From Felis catus (Eukaryota), in the NCBI RefSeq assembly GCF_018350175.1, contig NC_058368.1, forward strand, positions 165,232,001-165,296,000: a DNA stretch of 64,000 nucleotides, in the 5' to 3' direction. The position numbers were made by a program, and so were the translations under genes. The notes under the pieces are model-generated. The model was not told where the DNA came from, ran no database searches, and saw only the letters and a program-made list of their open reading frames with translations. How positions within the stretch are numbered: position 1 is the first letter of the stretch; each line of letters opens with the position of its first letter. This document shows positions 38,597 to 50,760 of this stretch, in pieces.

Positions 38597-41500
38597 TTTT
38601 TTAAACTTTTTAAATTGAAGTATAGTTGACACACAATATTTTATTAGTTTCAGGTGTACAAGATAGTGATTGGACATTAGGAAATGCTCACCACAATAAG
38701 TGTAGTTACCATCTATCACCGTGCAGTTATTAAAATACTGTTGGGTAGGGGTGGCTGGTTGGCTCAGTCAGTTGAACATCGGACTTCCGCTCAGTTTATG
38801 ATCTTGCCATTCATGGGTTTGAGCCCTGCATGTCAGTATAGAACCTGCTTCAGATTCTCTGTCCCTCTTTCTCTGTCCCTTTCCTGCTCATGCACTCTCT
38901 CTCAGAAGTAAATAAACCTTTAAAAAATATTGGGCTGTAATTTCTATGATATACTTATCATCTCCATGACTTATTTATAACTAGAAGTTGGTACCTCTTA
39001 ATCCCCTTTACATATTTTGCCCATCCTTTCTTCACTTCTGTCAACCATATGTCTGCCCCCTGTATTTGTAAGTCTGTACCTGTTTTTAGGAGTTTGTTCC
39101 TTTGTTTTGTTTTTTACATTCCATATATAAGTGAAATCATATGGTACTTGTGTTTCTCTGACTTCCTGCACTTAGCATAATACCCTCTAAGGCCACCCAT
39201 GCTGACACAAGTGGCAAGATGTCATTCTTTTGTATGGCTGAGTAATATTCCATTGTGTATATATACCACATCTTCTTTATCCATTCATCTACTGATGGAC
39301 ACTTAAGTTGTTTCCACATCTTGGTTTTTTTAAATAATTCTGCAATAAACGAAAGGGTGCATTTATCTTCTTTAATTTGTGTTTTCATTTTCTTTGGGTA
39401 AATACCCAGAAGTGGAATTACTAAATTGTATGGTATTTCTCTTTTTATTTTTTGAGGAACCTCCATACTTTTTTCCACAGTGGCTACACCAATTTACCTT
39501 TCTACCAACAGTGCATGAGGGTTCCCTTTTCTCCACATCCTCACCAACACTGGTTATTTCTTGTCTTTTTGATACTAGCCATTCTGACTAGATTAAGGTA
39601 ACACCTCATTTTAGTTTTGATTTGCATTTCCCTGATGATTAGTAATTTTGAGCTTCTTTTCATGTGTCTGTTTGCCATCTATATGTTTTTTTTTTTTTTT
39701 TGAAAACTGTCTAGTGGGATCCTGTAACCATTAAAAATTTAGATTGTTGATGTTGAGCTGTGTAAGTTCGTTAAATGTAATGGATATTAATGCCTTTTTG
39801 TACATAATATTTACAAATATCTTCTCCCATTTTGTAGGTTACATTTTTGTTTTCTCATTGGTTTTCTTCTCTTTGTAAAAGGTCTTTAGTTTGATATAGT
39901 CTTGATTACATTCGCTTTTGTTTCCCTTGCCTGAACATAGATCTTGAAAAATATTGTTAAGAATGAGGTCCAAGAGTTTACTGCATATGTTTCCTTTTAG
40001 TAATTTTATGATTTCTTGTCTTACATTTAAGTCTTTAATCCATTTTTAGTTTACTGTTGTATATGGTGCAAAAAATTTGCTCAGTTTCATTCTTTTGCAT
40101 GTAGCTGTCCATTTTATCCAGGGCCATTTATTAAAGAGATTTTCTTTATTCCACTATTTATTCTTGACTCTTTTCTCATAGATTAATTGAACATACAAGT
40201 GTGGGTTTATTTCTGGGCTCTATGTTCTTTTCCAGTGAGCTATCTGTCTATCTTGTGCCAGTACCATACCATTTTGATTGCTATAGCTTTGTAGTGTAGT
40301 TTGGAATCACTGATTCTGCTACCTCCATCTTTGTTTTTTCTCAAGTTTGCTTTGGCTATTCAGAGTCTTTTGTGTACCCATATAAATATTAAGATTATTT
40401 GTTTTACTTCTGTAAAAATACTATTGGTATTTTGATAGGGATTGCATTAAACTGTAGATTATTTTGGGTAGTGTGGATATTTGAACAGTATTAATTCTCC
40501 ATATTCCATAAGCATGGTGTGTCTTTCCATTTATTTGTATTAAATATTATTTATCAGTGTCTTATAGTTTTCAGAGTACAGTTCTTTCATCTTCTTTGTT
40601 AAATTTATTCCTAGGAATTTTATTCTTTTTGCTGCAATTATAAATGGGATTTTTTTAACTTATCTTTTTGCTAGTTTGTTATTAGAGTATAGAAACACGT
40701 TAGATTTCTGTATGCTGATTTTGTATACTGCAAATTTACTGAATATATTTTTTAGGCCTGATCTTTTTTTGTGGCATCTTTAGGATTTTCTATATTTAAT
40801 ATAATGTTATCTACCTTACTACTTCCTTACCAATTTGGATGCCTTTTATTTTTTTTTTTTGGATAACTTCCTATATTTTTTGGATTACTTCCTTACCAAT
40901 TTGGATGCCTTTTTGATTTTTTGTCTGATTGCTATAGTTAGGACTTCTAGTACTATGTCGACTAAAAGTGGTGAGCGTGGATATCTTGTCTTTTTTCTGA
41001 TCTCAGAGGAAAATTCAGCTTTTCATTACTGGTACAGTGTTAGCTATTGGTTATATATGGCCTTTATTATATTAACATATACTCCCTTTAAACACACTTT
41101 GTTGAGGATTTTTATCATGTTTGGATGTTGGATTTTGTTAAATATCTTTTCTGTATGGAGAGTGCATGATTTTTATCCTTCATTTTGTTAATATGGCATA
41201 TGTATCATGTTGATTGATTTGCACATAGTGAACCATCCTACATTCCTGAAATCAATCCCACTTTAACATGGTGATCTACCCTTTTAATGCAATTTGTATT
41301 ACGAATTCAGTTTGCTAATATGTTGTTGAAGAGTTTTGCATCTATGTTCATTAGGGATATTGGCCTGTATTTTCTTGTTTTATAGTATCTTTGCCTGGTT
41401 TTAGTATCAAGGTAATTCTGGCCTTGTAGAATAAATTTGGAAGCATTCCTTCCTCTTCTATTTTTTGGAGTAGTTTGAAAATGTTAGATTTCATTTGTAA

Positions 41501-43647
41501 AGCTATGTTGTCCTATATTGTTGTTTCTTGGGAGTTTTTTTTATTGCTGATTCAATTCTGTTATTAATAATTGTTGTGATTTTCTACTTCTTCCTGATTC
41601 AGTCTTTGAATATTGTGTTTTTCTAGGAATTTATTTTTTCTAGGTTGCCCAATTTGTTCAGGTATTATTTTTCATTGTAATCTCTTATAGTCTTTTGTGG
41701 TACCTGTTGTAACCTCTTTAATTTCTGATTTTATTTTCATTTCTGAGTCCTCTTTTTTCTTGATGAGTATGGCTAAAAGGTTTTTTTTTTTCATTTTTTT
41801 TTCAAGGAACAAATCTCAGTTTTCATTTATTTTTTCTATTTTTGTCTCTAATTCATGTATTTTCACTCTTTATTTTCTTCCTTCTAGCAACTTTGGGTTT
41901 TGTTTATTTTTCTAGTTCCTTTAGGTGTAATGTTAGATTGTTTGAGATTTGTTTGTTGAAGTAGGTCTATATTGCTATAAACTTCCCTCTTAGGAAACTA
42001 AAACTGCTTTTGCTGTATCCCAAAGATTTTGAACTATTATGTTTCTATTTTAATTTGTTTATCCATTACTTGTTTAGTAGTATGTTGTTTAGATTCCATG
42101 TGTTTGTGTTTTTCTCCAGGGTTTTTTTTTTTATTATTAGAATGGATTTCTACTTTCATACCATTGAGGTTGGAAAAGATGCCTGATATGATTTTTAACA
42201 TTCTTAAATTTATTGAGACTTGCTTTGTGCCATAACATGTTATCCATCCTGGAGAATGTTCCATGTGTACTTGAGAAGAATGTGTATTCTACTGTTTTGG
42301 GGTAGAATATTCTGTAAAAATCTATTAAGTCCAGCGGATCTAACATTTTATTCAAAGCCATTGTTTACTTACTGATATTCTAAGTGGGTGATCTATCCAT
42401 TGATGTAAGTGAGATGATAAAGTCCCTTTCTATTATTGCATTATTGTCAGTTTCTCCCTTTTTTTCTGTGAATATTTGCTTTATGTACTTAAATGCTCCT
42501 ATGTTCGGTGCATAGTATTTACAGTTTTTAAGTCCCCTTTTGGATTGATCCCTTTATCATTACATAATGTTCTCCCTTGACTCTTGTTACAGTCTTTGTT
42601 TTAAGATCTATTTATTTAATATAAGTATTGCTATCCCAGCTTTCTGTTTGTTTGTTTTTGCTCCAATTTGCATGGAATATCTTTTCCCATCCCTTCACTT
42701 TCAGTCTGTATGTGTCTTTAGGTCTGAAGTGAGTCTCTTGTAGGCAGCATCTTGATAGGTCATTATTTTTTTTATCCATTCAATTACCTTATGTTTTTTG
42801 TTGGGAGCATTTAGTCCATTTATGTTTAATGTAATTATCGATAGGTATGTACTTATTGCCATTTTGTTAACTCTTTTCTGATTGTTTTTGCAGTTCTTAT
42901 TTTGCTCTCTTCCTTTGTGATTTGAGAACTTTCTTTAGTATTATAATTGGATTCCATCCCCTTTATTAAAATGAACAGTGTCAGAGCTGGATCTCACCAT
43001 CATCCTGACAGCCAAGCTGAAGGAAGGCAGGAAAAATGGGACCCTCTAGCGTTCTTCTTGGATAAATTTCCTGGAGATTCTTGTCCCTCCAGCATATGCC
43101 TTATTAGTCATAAAATTAGTCAATAAATCACCTTTACATATAACTCAGGTGCTTTTTCAAATGCTGCCTCTATGCTGGGTCTTACAGTGAGTTGTATAGT
43201 CTGCTGGCCCTTTCATAGGGGAGTCTCAGTTGCTTAAGCTTTCCAGCCTCTCAAAGTTAACCTGTATTGGTTTTCAAAGTGCCCAGAGTTAATTCCCACT
43301 AATTTCCAAAGACAGATGTCATTGGGCCTCATCTTCCTGGTACAGATCTTCAAGGTGAGGGTGCCATGGTAGGGCTTGATCTCCTCACTCCTCAGAGTGA
43401 ACCTCTGTGCCTGTGATAAACCTTTCCACTTGTGAGTTACTGTGTGAGGGGGTTACCAACAGTGTCTCAGCTGCTCCTACTGATCTTGATGTGGCTTTTT
43501 CTTTATATCTTTATTTGTGTAATAGCTCTTTTGTTAGTCTTCAGGTTGTTTTCAGAGTGAGTGTATTATATGTAGTGATAGCATCAATGTGTTTGTGAGA
43601 GAAGGTGAACTCAGGATCCTACTGACCCCCCATTTTTCCAAGCTCCA
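38597..43647 (-). mobile_element. Large degenerate L1, same family as 15510-23062, ORF1 region deleted
   Basis: 3'UTR matches the first copy. ORF2 remnants: MEVPQKIKREIPYN...EWIKKMWYIYTMEYYSAI at 39137-39478 and YTFFSSTHGTFSRMD at 42137-42361. 5'UTR at 42965-43647. Confidence 0.92.
38748..38927 (+). mobile_element. CanSINE nested in L1 3'UTR
   Basis: TGGCTCAGTCAGTTGA head, CT-rich segment, A-tail; AAAATA..TTGGG duplication. Confidence 0.9.
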
Positions 43648-45413
43648 TCGTTATCCTCAGATCATTTTTAAAGTGATAAAACATTATATCATTGAAGAGC
43701 CTCATTTATAATTCCCCTTGATCCCATTCTCCTTGTCTTCTTCACTCCCCAAAGTATTAGCATGATCTATGGATCCATTTCACTGTACTTTATGTGTGTA
43801 TATAAAATTATCAACATGGTCTGCACAAATGGTAATGTGTCTGGAATATCACTTACATGCTGACCAGTTAGCCTGCCACATTTTATAAATACTGGGAAGA
43901 CTCTCCTGGATTGGAAAAAAGGTCTTTAGTATTGACTGAAGTAATGGTAGATAATAGAATTTTCATGTATGTTTTTCCCAAAACCCACTTCTTAAGGGTA
44001 ATGCAAAGATTTCCAGGGGCCCCAGCACATCCTGTGGATAATATTATAGGAGACGAACAATGAACTTAGATATACCTAAGCTTTAATAATGAACAGTAGA
44101 CACTTCTGCCCTTTGCTCTAGAGGGAGAATTTGCTTCTCTCTGAAGAATATTTCTTATAAAAAAAAAACCTTGAAAATATAGTTGAGTATAGTTTAGGAT
44201 AATTTATATAACAGAATTATTTTTTTTTGCTCTATTTCATATTATATTGTGTCATGGGAAGAACATAAAGTATTTTAAGAGAAGAGACAGATTTGGGCAC
44301 CACTTTTGGATTATCACTCTCTTGTAAGACATGTTTAATTCTATTTTATTCAAATTATTATATATTCCTTAATTCCTGAATCTTGTAATTTTATACATAT
44401 CTATAGATATGTAAGAATTCTTTACATTTTGGTAAGAATTCTTTAATATTACAGTAAGTTCAGTGATTTAAATATGTAGTTGTTAATGCTTTTGATTGGA
44501 TTTTGAATTTGCTAATAACAAGGTGAATTATTATTTCTAAAAGAAAATACTGTAATAATTGTAATAAGTTGAAGTTTTATTATGCCATTTTCCTAAGTAT
44601 ATTCAAATAGCTATTTAGTATGCCAAAAAGTGAAGGAAAAAAGAATATTTGTAAACAATATTTGTTTATTAACAATATTTATTGTTAATGTTATTGTTAA
44701 TATTTATTGTTAACAATAAAGTGTTAGTGAAGAAATAGAATTAAATGTGTTATGTATATTTGCTTATTGCCTGGGAAGTTTGTTCTCCTTAAGAGATTAA
44801 TGATTTGACAAATAAGCAGAGTCATTTTGGGAACTTAGTTTGATATAATCAAATCTGGACAAGTGTCACAGTACCTTCTGGTCTGGGAATACCCAAAATT
44901 CTGAAATTGGAAATCATGAATATAACCACCTCTGGGAGAAGACCCGTCTGTTCTTTTCATCTTATTTAGAAAAGTAAAGAAAAATATCAGCTTCTAGGAA
45001 AGGAGCATTCAAGCATAACTCAAACAGCCAGAAAAAAGATAACCAATATCTTCATATTATTACATAATCAGAGAACATTCTGAGTTAAAATCAAAATTTT
45101 ATCTGTTCTACATTAAAGAAATTACTTGGAAAGAATATGTTCTTTTCTAATTACCTGGGAAAAGGCTGACACTTTGTTATGATTTCAGTACTAACAAGAA
45201 CACATTGCACAAATTCATGTATCCCAAAATGACTTCCTGTAGATACTTAAATATTTTCTTAAGTGTGTTATAGACAGTTCAAGGAAGGTGTTGAGTAAAA
45301 GTAATCAGACAAATAATCATTAAAAAATCTTCACGTATAGAATTAGTATTTTGGCTTTGTGAATATAGTAATGCATAATTACATTTGCTTGATTTAACTT
45401 GTAATACTTATTT

Positions 45414-45611
45414 TTATTTTATTTAAACACTTTTTCAAGTTTATTTTGAGAGAGAGAACACAAGTGCAAAGGGGTAGAGAGAATGAGAGACAGAATCCCA
45501 AGCAGGCTCTGCACAAGCAGCACAGCGCCCAATGCTCAAGAACTGTGAGATCATGACCTGAGCTGAGATCAAGAGTCAGATGCTTAACCAACTGCATTAC
45601 CCAGGCATCCC
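45414..45611 (-). mobile_element. CanSINE
   Basis: Typical body; TSD ACTTGTA(A/G)TA(C/A)TTATTT. Confidence 0.95.
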
Positions 45612-45859
45612 ACTTGTAGTAATTATTTAAAGTAATTCATTAATTACCTACTGGGAGAGGCATGGTGCTAAGTGCTAGCGTTGCTTTCCTTGTTGTGTTA
45701 ACAGTCTACACTAGTTTATTAGGCTATTTCAGGAACCAAATGACATTTTTAAATGCATTTCCTTATGTAAATTATAAAGAATGGACTAGATTGTTTCTAG
45801 GGTTCTTTCATTTCTTGATACTCTGCTATGGAGAAATAAGCAATTGTTGAGAAGAAGAG

Positions 45860-46060
45860 TAGAATGGAAAACCCAGGATCTGGCTTTGCCTTTTATCCCT
45901 TTGACCTTGCTCAATCTGTATCATATGTCTCAGTCTCAGTGTCCTTATTTGCAAACAATAAATACAAATATTTAGGGGAAGATAAATGTGATTACACAGA
46001 TAACAGTATGTAGCACAAACTCTGGCACATCTAGTAAAACCCAATAATGTGGTAACTATT
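45860..46060 (+). mobile_element. MIR
   Basis: TGACCTTG...TCTCAGTCTCAGTGTCCTTATTTGCAAA...CTGGCACAT..TAGTAA...CAATAATG. Confidence 0.65.
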
Positions 46061-46434
46061 TTAGAGCCGTTATTACATAAATGGCAATTATATGTAAAAT
46101 ACAAGTAGGTGAAGGCTAGCTTTGCTTGGATATTTGGGCATAATCCTTAGGGAAATGTGCAGGTCTGGATAGGATAAACAAAGGGAGTGACATGTTTATA
46201 CTTGTATTTTATAAATATCACTGGGATAACATTAAAGAGACTAAATAAAGCTACATTGGAATACCATGATTAGGCTTCTATTTATCCCATCCTTAAGGGC
46301 TGACCAGTTTAGTTTAAACCAATTATTAGATCCCATCATGCTGCACAGTATTACTTCATAAGTTGGCACGTGATCCAATTTAAAGTGATTAAATAAAGGA
46401 GACTGTATTTGGGGCATTTTTCTATTTAATAAGT

Positions 46435-46464
46435 GTTTTGTTTTGTTTTGTTTTGTTTTGTTTG
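46435..46464. repeat. (GTTTT)n microsatellite
   Basis: About 6 units. Confidence 0.9.
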
Positions 46465-49302
46465 CTCTCTTTCTTGATGGAGTTCCCGGTAGAATTCTGT
46501 AGCTTTAGGAATTCCTGACAACCATGTTGTGGCGACAGCAAAATGTCAAAAATTAAGTGACCACAACCCAAAAAGTAATGAAAACTTGGACTAATGAAGT
46601 AGCAGAAGATGTGGCTTAATACTTTGCCATTAATATTGGAGAAGACTATGGTATGGACTAAATAGTATGTGGTTCATTTAGAGAAGGGAATGGTGATAAA
46701 AAGGAAAGAATAGATACTCATTCCTAGGTTTCTAGCTTGTGCAGATACATGGGTGGTAGTGTCATTTGCTGAAGCAGGGAATATTGAAGGAGCATTGAAT
46801 AGGAAGTAGATATTCAGGTACATAGATTCACTTTAGAATCATCTCTAAGTCAGGTTTCAGCTGGAAATCACCCACTCCTGGTGGTTCAAATAAAAATAAT
46901 TTAATTCAGAATTAGATGCTTACAAAGTCACCAAAAGGGCTAGAGATGCCTAACATCATGGTAGATCATGTTCTGCTTATTTCAAGATCATTATCCTGTA
47001 GTTCTGGTTGAGAGATGAGGAAACTACCACAGCCTCTACTCCCAGCATCCACCTTGTGTCTGTCACATCCTTGCAGCCTGTCATTAAGTGTTAGAATAGT
47101 GGTGTTCAGTGATATACTCATTTTGTCTCACCTGGATTGCCAGAAAACACAATAGAGGGAAGGTAGCCTTCACCTCATCTATATCTTCCAGACATCAAAC
47201 CAGAACATCTCATTGGCAGAATCAAAATTAAATATAGAAACTTACTGAAAACAAGCAAAAAACAGCTTAATAATGTCTGTGATATAGGGAAAACAAACAA
47301 ACAAACAAACAAAACAACTTGATAATGTCTGTGATATAGTCAGAAACACAGACTGGCTTTAGCTAGATGCTATGTCCCAAGAGATTACTGCCAGTTAAAT
47401 TGCTCCTTGGTCTCTCAGATGCAAATAATTACTAAACAAATGGATATTAGTAAACAAATAGACATGGGTCTTAAATCTGTGTGTATAAGTTTCAGAATGT
47501 ATAGAATTTTTAAGATAGATGGAAAAAGAGCCATTGTCCTAAATTGTTAGAAACTAAACGTCTTCAGACTAAGTATTTTAGGCTCAATTTCAAAGAAAAT
47601 GGCATCTACCTGGATTTAAAGCCACGAGTTGGGATCCCACAAAGGGTCTGAGCTGTCACTATGGGAACATGAAATCTTATTCCAAGGTCCATGTTCTGAG
47701 GTCCCAAATGGTCTTCAGGTAATAATCAAATTGTAACAAAGCATGTGTGTATATGTGCCTTTTCTTCTGAAGAAAGCTGGCTTTAATCAGATTATTTAAC
47801 CCAGCAAAAGATAAGAACCACTGTTTGGAATTTCTGTCAACCTAACACAAAAGATGCTGCTAATAAGAAAACTCTGAATTGGGTCAGAGAGAGCTTTTCA
47901 AGATCTTGACTATAAATTGGTTGCTCATCTACTCAGACCAACTCTAAAACATACATTTAAGAGAAAAGCAATGGTAATATCATAACTTTTCAATCAGTAT
48001 AATTTCTATCACTGGGAAATTGGATCAACTTCACAAGATTTCTGAAAAAAATTCACACTAGGAGAGCCTATTCTAGTAATCAAAAATGACAAAGGGATTC
48101 TTCTTTGCCCCACTGTATATCATGCCTTCTTTGTTGAAAGTAAATTGACCATATATAAGTGAGTTTATTTCTGAGAACTCTATTCTGTTTCATTGATCTG
48201 TGTCTGTTTTTGTGCCAATATGGTACTGTGTTGATTACTGTAGTTTTATAGTATAGTTTGAAATCAGGGAGTATGATACTTCTACCTTATTCTTTCTCAA
48301 GCTTGTTTTGACAATTTGGGATCTTTTGTGGTTACATATAAATTTTAGAAGTATCTCTTCTAGTTTTGTGAAAAATTGCCTTTTGATAGGAATTTTGATA
48401 GGGATTGAATTGAATCTGTAGATTGCTTTGGGTAGTAGGGACATTTTAACAGGCCTTTTATCTCTTGTTTAAATTTAGCTATTTCATTCTTTTTGATGTA
48501 ATTGGAAATAGATTTTTCTTGATTTTTTTCTGCTAATTATTAATTCATAGAAATGCAACAGGTTTGTGTATATTAATTTTGTATCTTGCAACTTTACTGA
48601 ATTCATTTATTAGTTCTAATAATGCTTTGGTGTAGTCTTAAGGGTTTTCCGTACATAATATGATGTCATCTGCAAATAATGACAATTTTCTTTTTCTTTT
48701 CTAATTTGTATGCCTTTATTTCTTTTTCTTGCCTAATTGCTGCAGCTGGGAATTCCAACACTATGTTGAATAACAATAGGGGAAATGAGCATCCTTGTCT
48801 TGCTCCTGATCTTAGAGGGAAAGATTTCAGTATTTCACTGTTGAGTATTTTAGCTATGGATTTGTCATATGTGGCCTTCATTATGTTCTGGTATATTCCC
48901 TCTATACCCATTTTATTCAGAGCTTTTATAATAAATGGATGCTTTAAATAAGTGGTACTGGAAAAACTAGACAGCTACATGCAAAAGGATAACCTGACCA
49001 CTTTCTTAGACCAAACACAAAACTAAACTTACATTCAAGTCTTACTTCAGTATGAGACCTGAAACTATAAAACTCCTAGAAAAATCATAGGCAGTAAGCT
49101 TCTTGACATTAGTCTTAGCAATTTTGTCTTGGATTGGGGAAACAAGAGGAAATAAAAGCAAAAACACTTGAGACTACATCAAACTAAACCATGTATGCAC
49201 AGCCAAGGAAAGAATCAACAAAACGAAAAGGCAAACTACTAACTGGGAGAAGATATTTGCAAATCATGTGTCTGAAGAGGGATTAATATTAAAAACATAT
49301 AA

Positions 49303-49585
49303 GGGGAGCCTGGGTGGATGAGTGGGTTAAGTATCTGATTCTTGGTTTCAGGCCAGGTCATGATCTCACAGTTTCATGGGTCTAAGTCCTGCGTTGGGCT
49401 CTGCACTGGCAGTGTGGAGCCTTCTTGAGATTCTCTTTGCCTCTTTCTGCCCCTTTCCTGCTTGTACACTACGTCTGTCTCTCTCGAATAAACTTAAATA
49501 TATATATATATATACATATATATGTATATATATGTGTATATATACATATACATATACATATATATACACACACACATATATATAT
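49303..49585 (+). mobile_element. CanSINE in L1 with tail turned into (TA)/(CA) microsatellite
   Basis: GGGGAGCCTGGGTGG head; body to about 49499; microsatellite 49500-49585; L1 resumes GAAGAACTCATACAACTC. Confidence 0.93.
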
Positions 49586-49753
49586 GAAGAACTCATACAA
49601 CTCAATGCCAAAAATAATCCAATTAAAAATATGGACAGAGGACCTGAATAGACATTTTTCCAAAGCAGACAAATAGCCAACAGACACATAAAGATGCTTA
49701 AAATCACTCATCACCAGAGAAATGCAAATCAAAACCACAAAGAGAGCATTGTA

Positions 49754-49874
49754 GCTCTGTGCTGACACTGCAGAGCCTGAAGCCTGCTTCAGATTCTGTG
49801 TCTCCCTTTCTGTCTGTCCCTCCCCTGCTTGTGCTGTCTCTCAAAAATAAATAAACATTAAAATTAAAAAAAAA
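49754..49874 (+). mobile_element. 3' half of a CanSINE
   Basis: GCTCTGTGCTGAC...GAGCCTG...GATTCTGTGTCTCCC...CAAAAATAAATAAACATTAAAA; tRNA head missing. Confidence 0.9.
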
Positions 49875-50044
49875 TTCAGAGAAAGTATCACATGATTTTG
49901 CTTATATGTGAAATCAAAGAAACAGAACAAAACCCCATCTTAAAGTTATAAAGAATAGATTGGTGGTTGCCAGAGAGGAGGGGGCCAGGGGTCATAAAAT
50001 GGGTGAAGGGGAGTAAGTAGAAACTTCAGGTATAAAATCAGTCA

Positions 50045-50340
50045 GCGGTGCCTGGTGGCTCAGTCAGGTAAGCACCCAAATCTTATCTTGGCTCAGGTCA
50101 TGGTCTCATGGTTCATGAGTTTAATCCCTGCCACAGGCTCTGTGCTCACAGTATGTGGAGCCTGCTTGGGGTTCTCTCTTTCCCTCTCTCTGTGCCCCTC
50201 CCTTGTGTTCTCACTCTCTCTCAAAGTAAATAACATGGGTGGCTCAGTTGGTTGAGTGTCTGGCTCTTGATTTTGGCTCAGGTCATGATCCCAGGGCTGT
50301 GGGATCGAGCCCTGCATAGGCTCCGTGCTGAGTGTGAAGC
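50045..50340 (+). mobile_element. Two CanSINEs head-to-tail in L1 3'UTR
   Basis: Full copy 50045-50235, then a second head TGGGTGGCTCAGTTGG at 50236-50340 lacking its 3' part. Confidence 0.9.
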
Positions 50341-50669
50341 ATATTTAAGTCATGGAGAAGTAATGTGCAGCATTGGGAATATAGCCAGTAATATTGTATT
50401 AACTTTGTATGGTGACATATAGTAACTAGACTTAACATGGGGATCATTTCACAATGTATACGGACATTGAATCAATATGTTGTATACCTGAAATTAATAT
50501 AATGTGTATCAATTAAACCTCAATAAAAAAATAAAAATCTCCTCTACAAAGTTGGGAATTTAATCAGAGCAAAAAAATTTTAAGTCCTCTAGATAACTCC
50601 ATATACCAGGCAGTTTACACAAGAAAAGAGGACTTCTGAAGTCCATTAAATATGATTCATTACTATTGG

Positions 50670-50670
<1 letters not shown>

Positions 50671-50716
<46 letters not shown>

Positions 50717-50760
50717 CATATATATATATATACATATATATATATGTATATATATATATA
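50671..50760. repeat. (TG)n-(TA)n compound microsatellite
   Basis: Direct inspection. Confidence 0.95.

Larger units (their letters stand above)
48101..50537 (+). mobile_element. 5'-truncated, 5'-inverted L1 carrying several SINE insertions
   Basis: Antisense ORF2 at 48101-48943 ([28 protein letters not shown]), then sense ORF2 and 3'UTR from 48944 to the AATAAA plus A-tail. Confidence 0.92.

Noticed and set aside
40818..40915. Duplicated TACTTCCTTACCAATTTGGATGCCTTTT inside L1
   Set aside because: Local slippage duplication in a dead L1; no functional implication
43980..44180. Possible LTR fragment resembling the 60250-60380 insert
   Set aside because: Similarity too weak to assign a family or boundaries by eye
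47247..47339. Direct repeat ATAATGTCTGTGATATAG flanking (AAAC)n
   Set aside because: Best explained as an ordinary tandem duplication with microsatellite growth; no element between the copies
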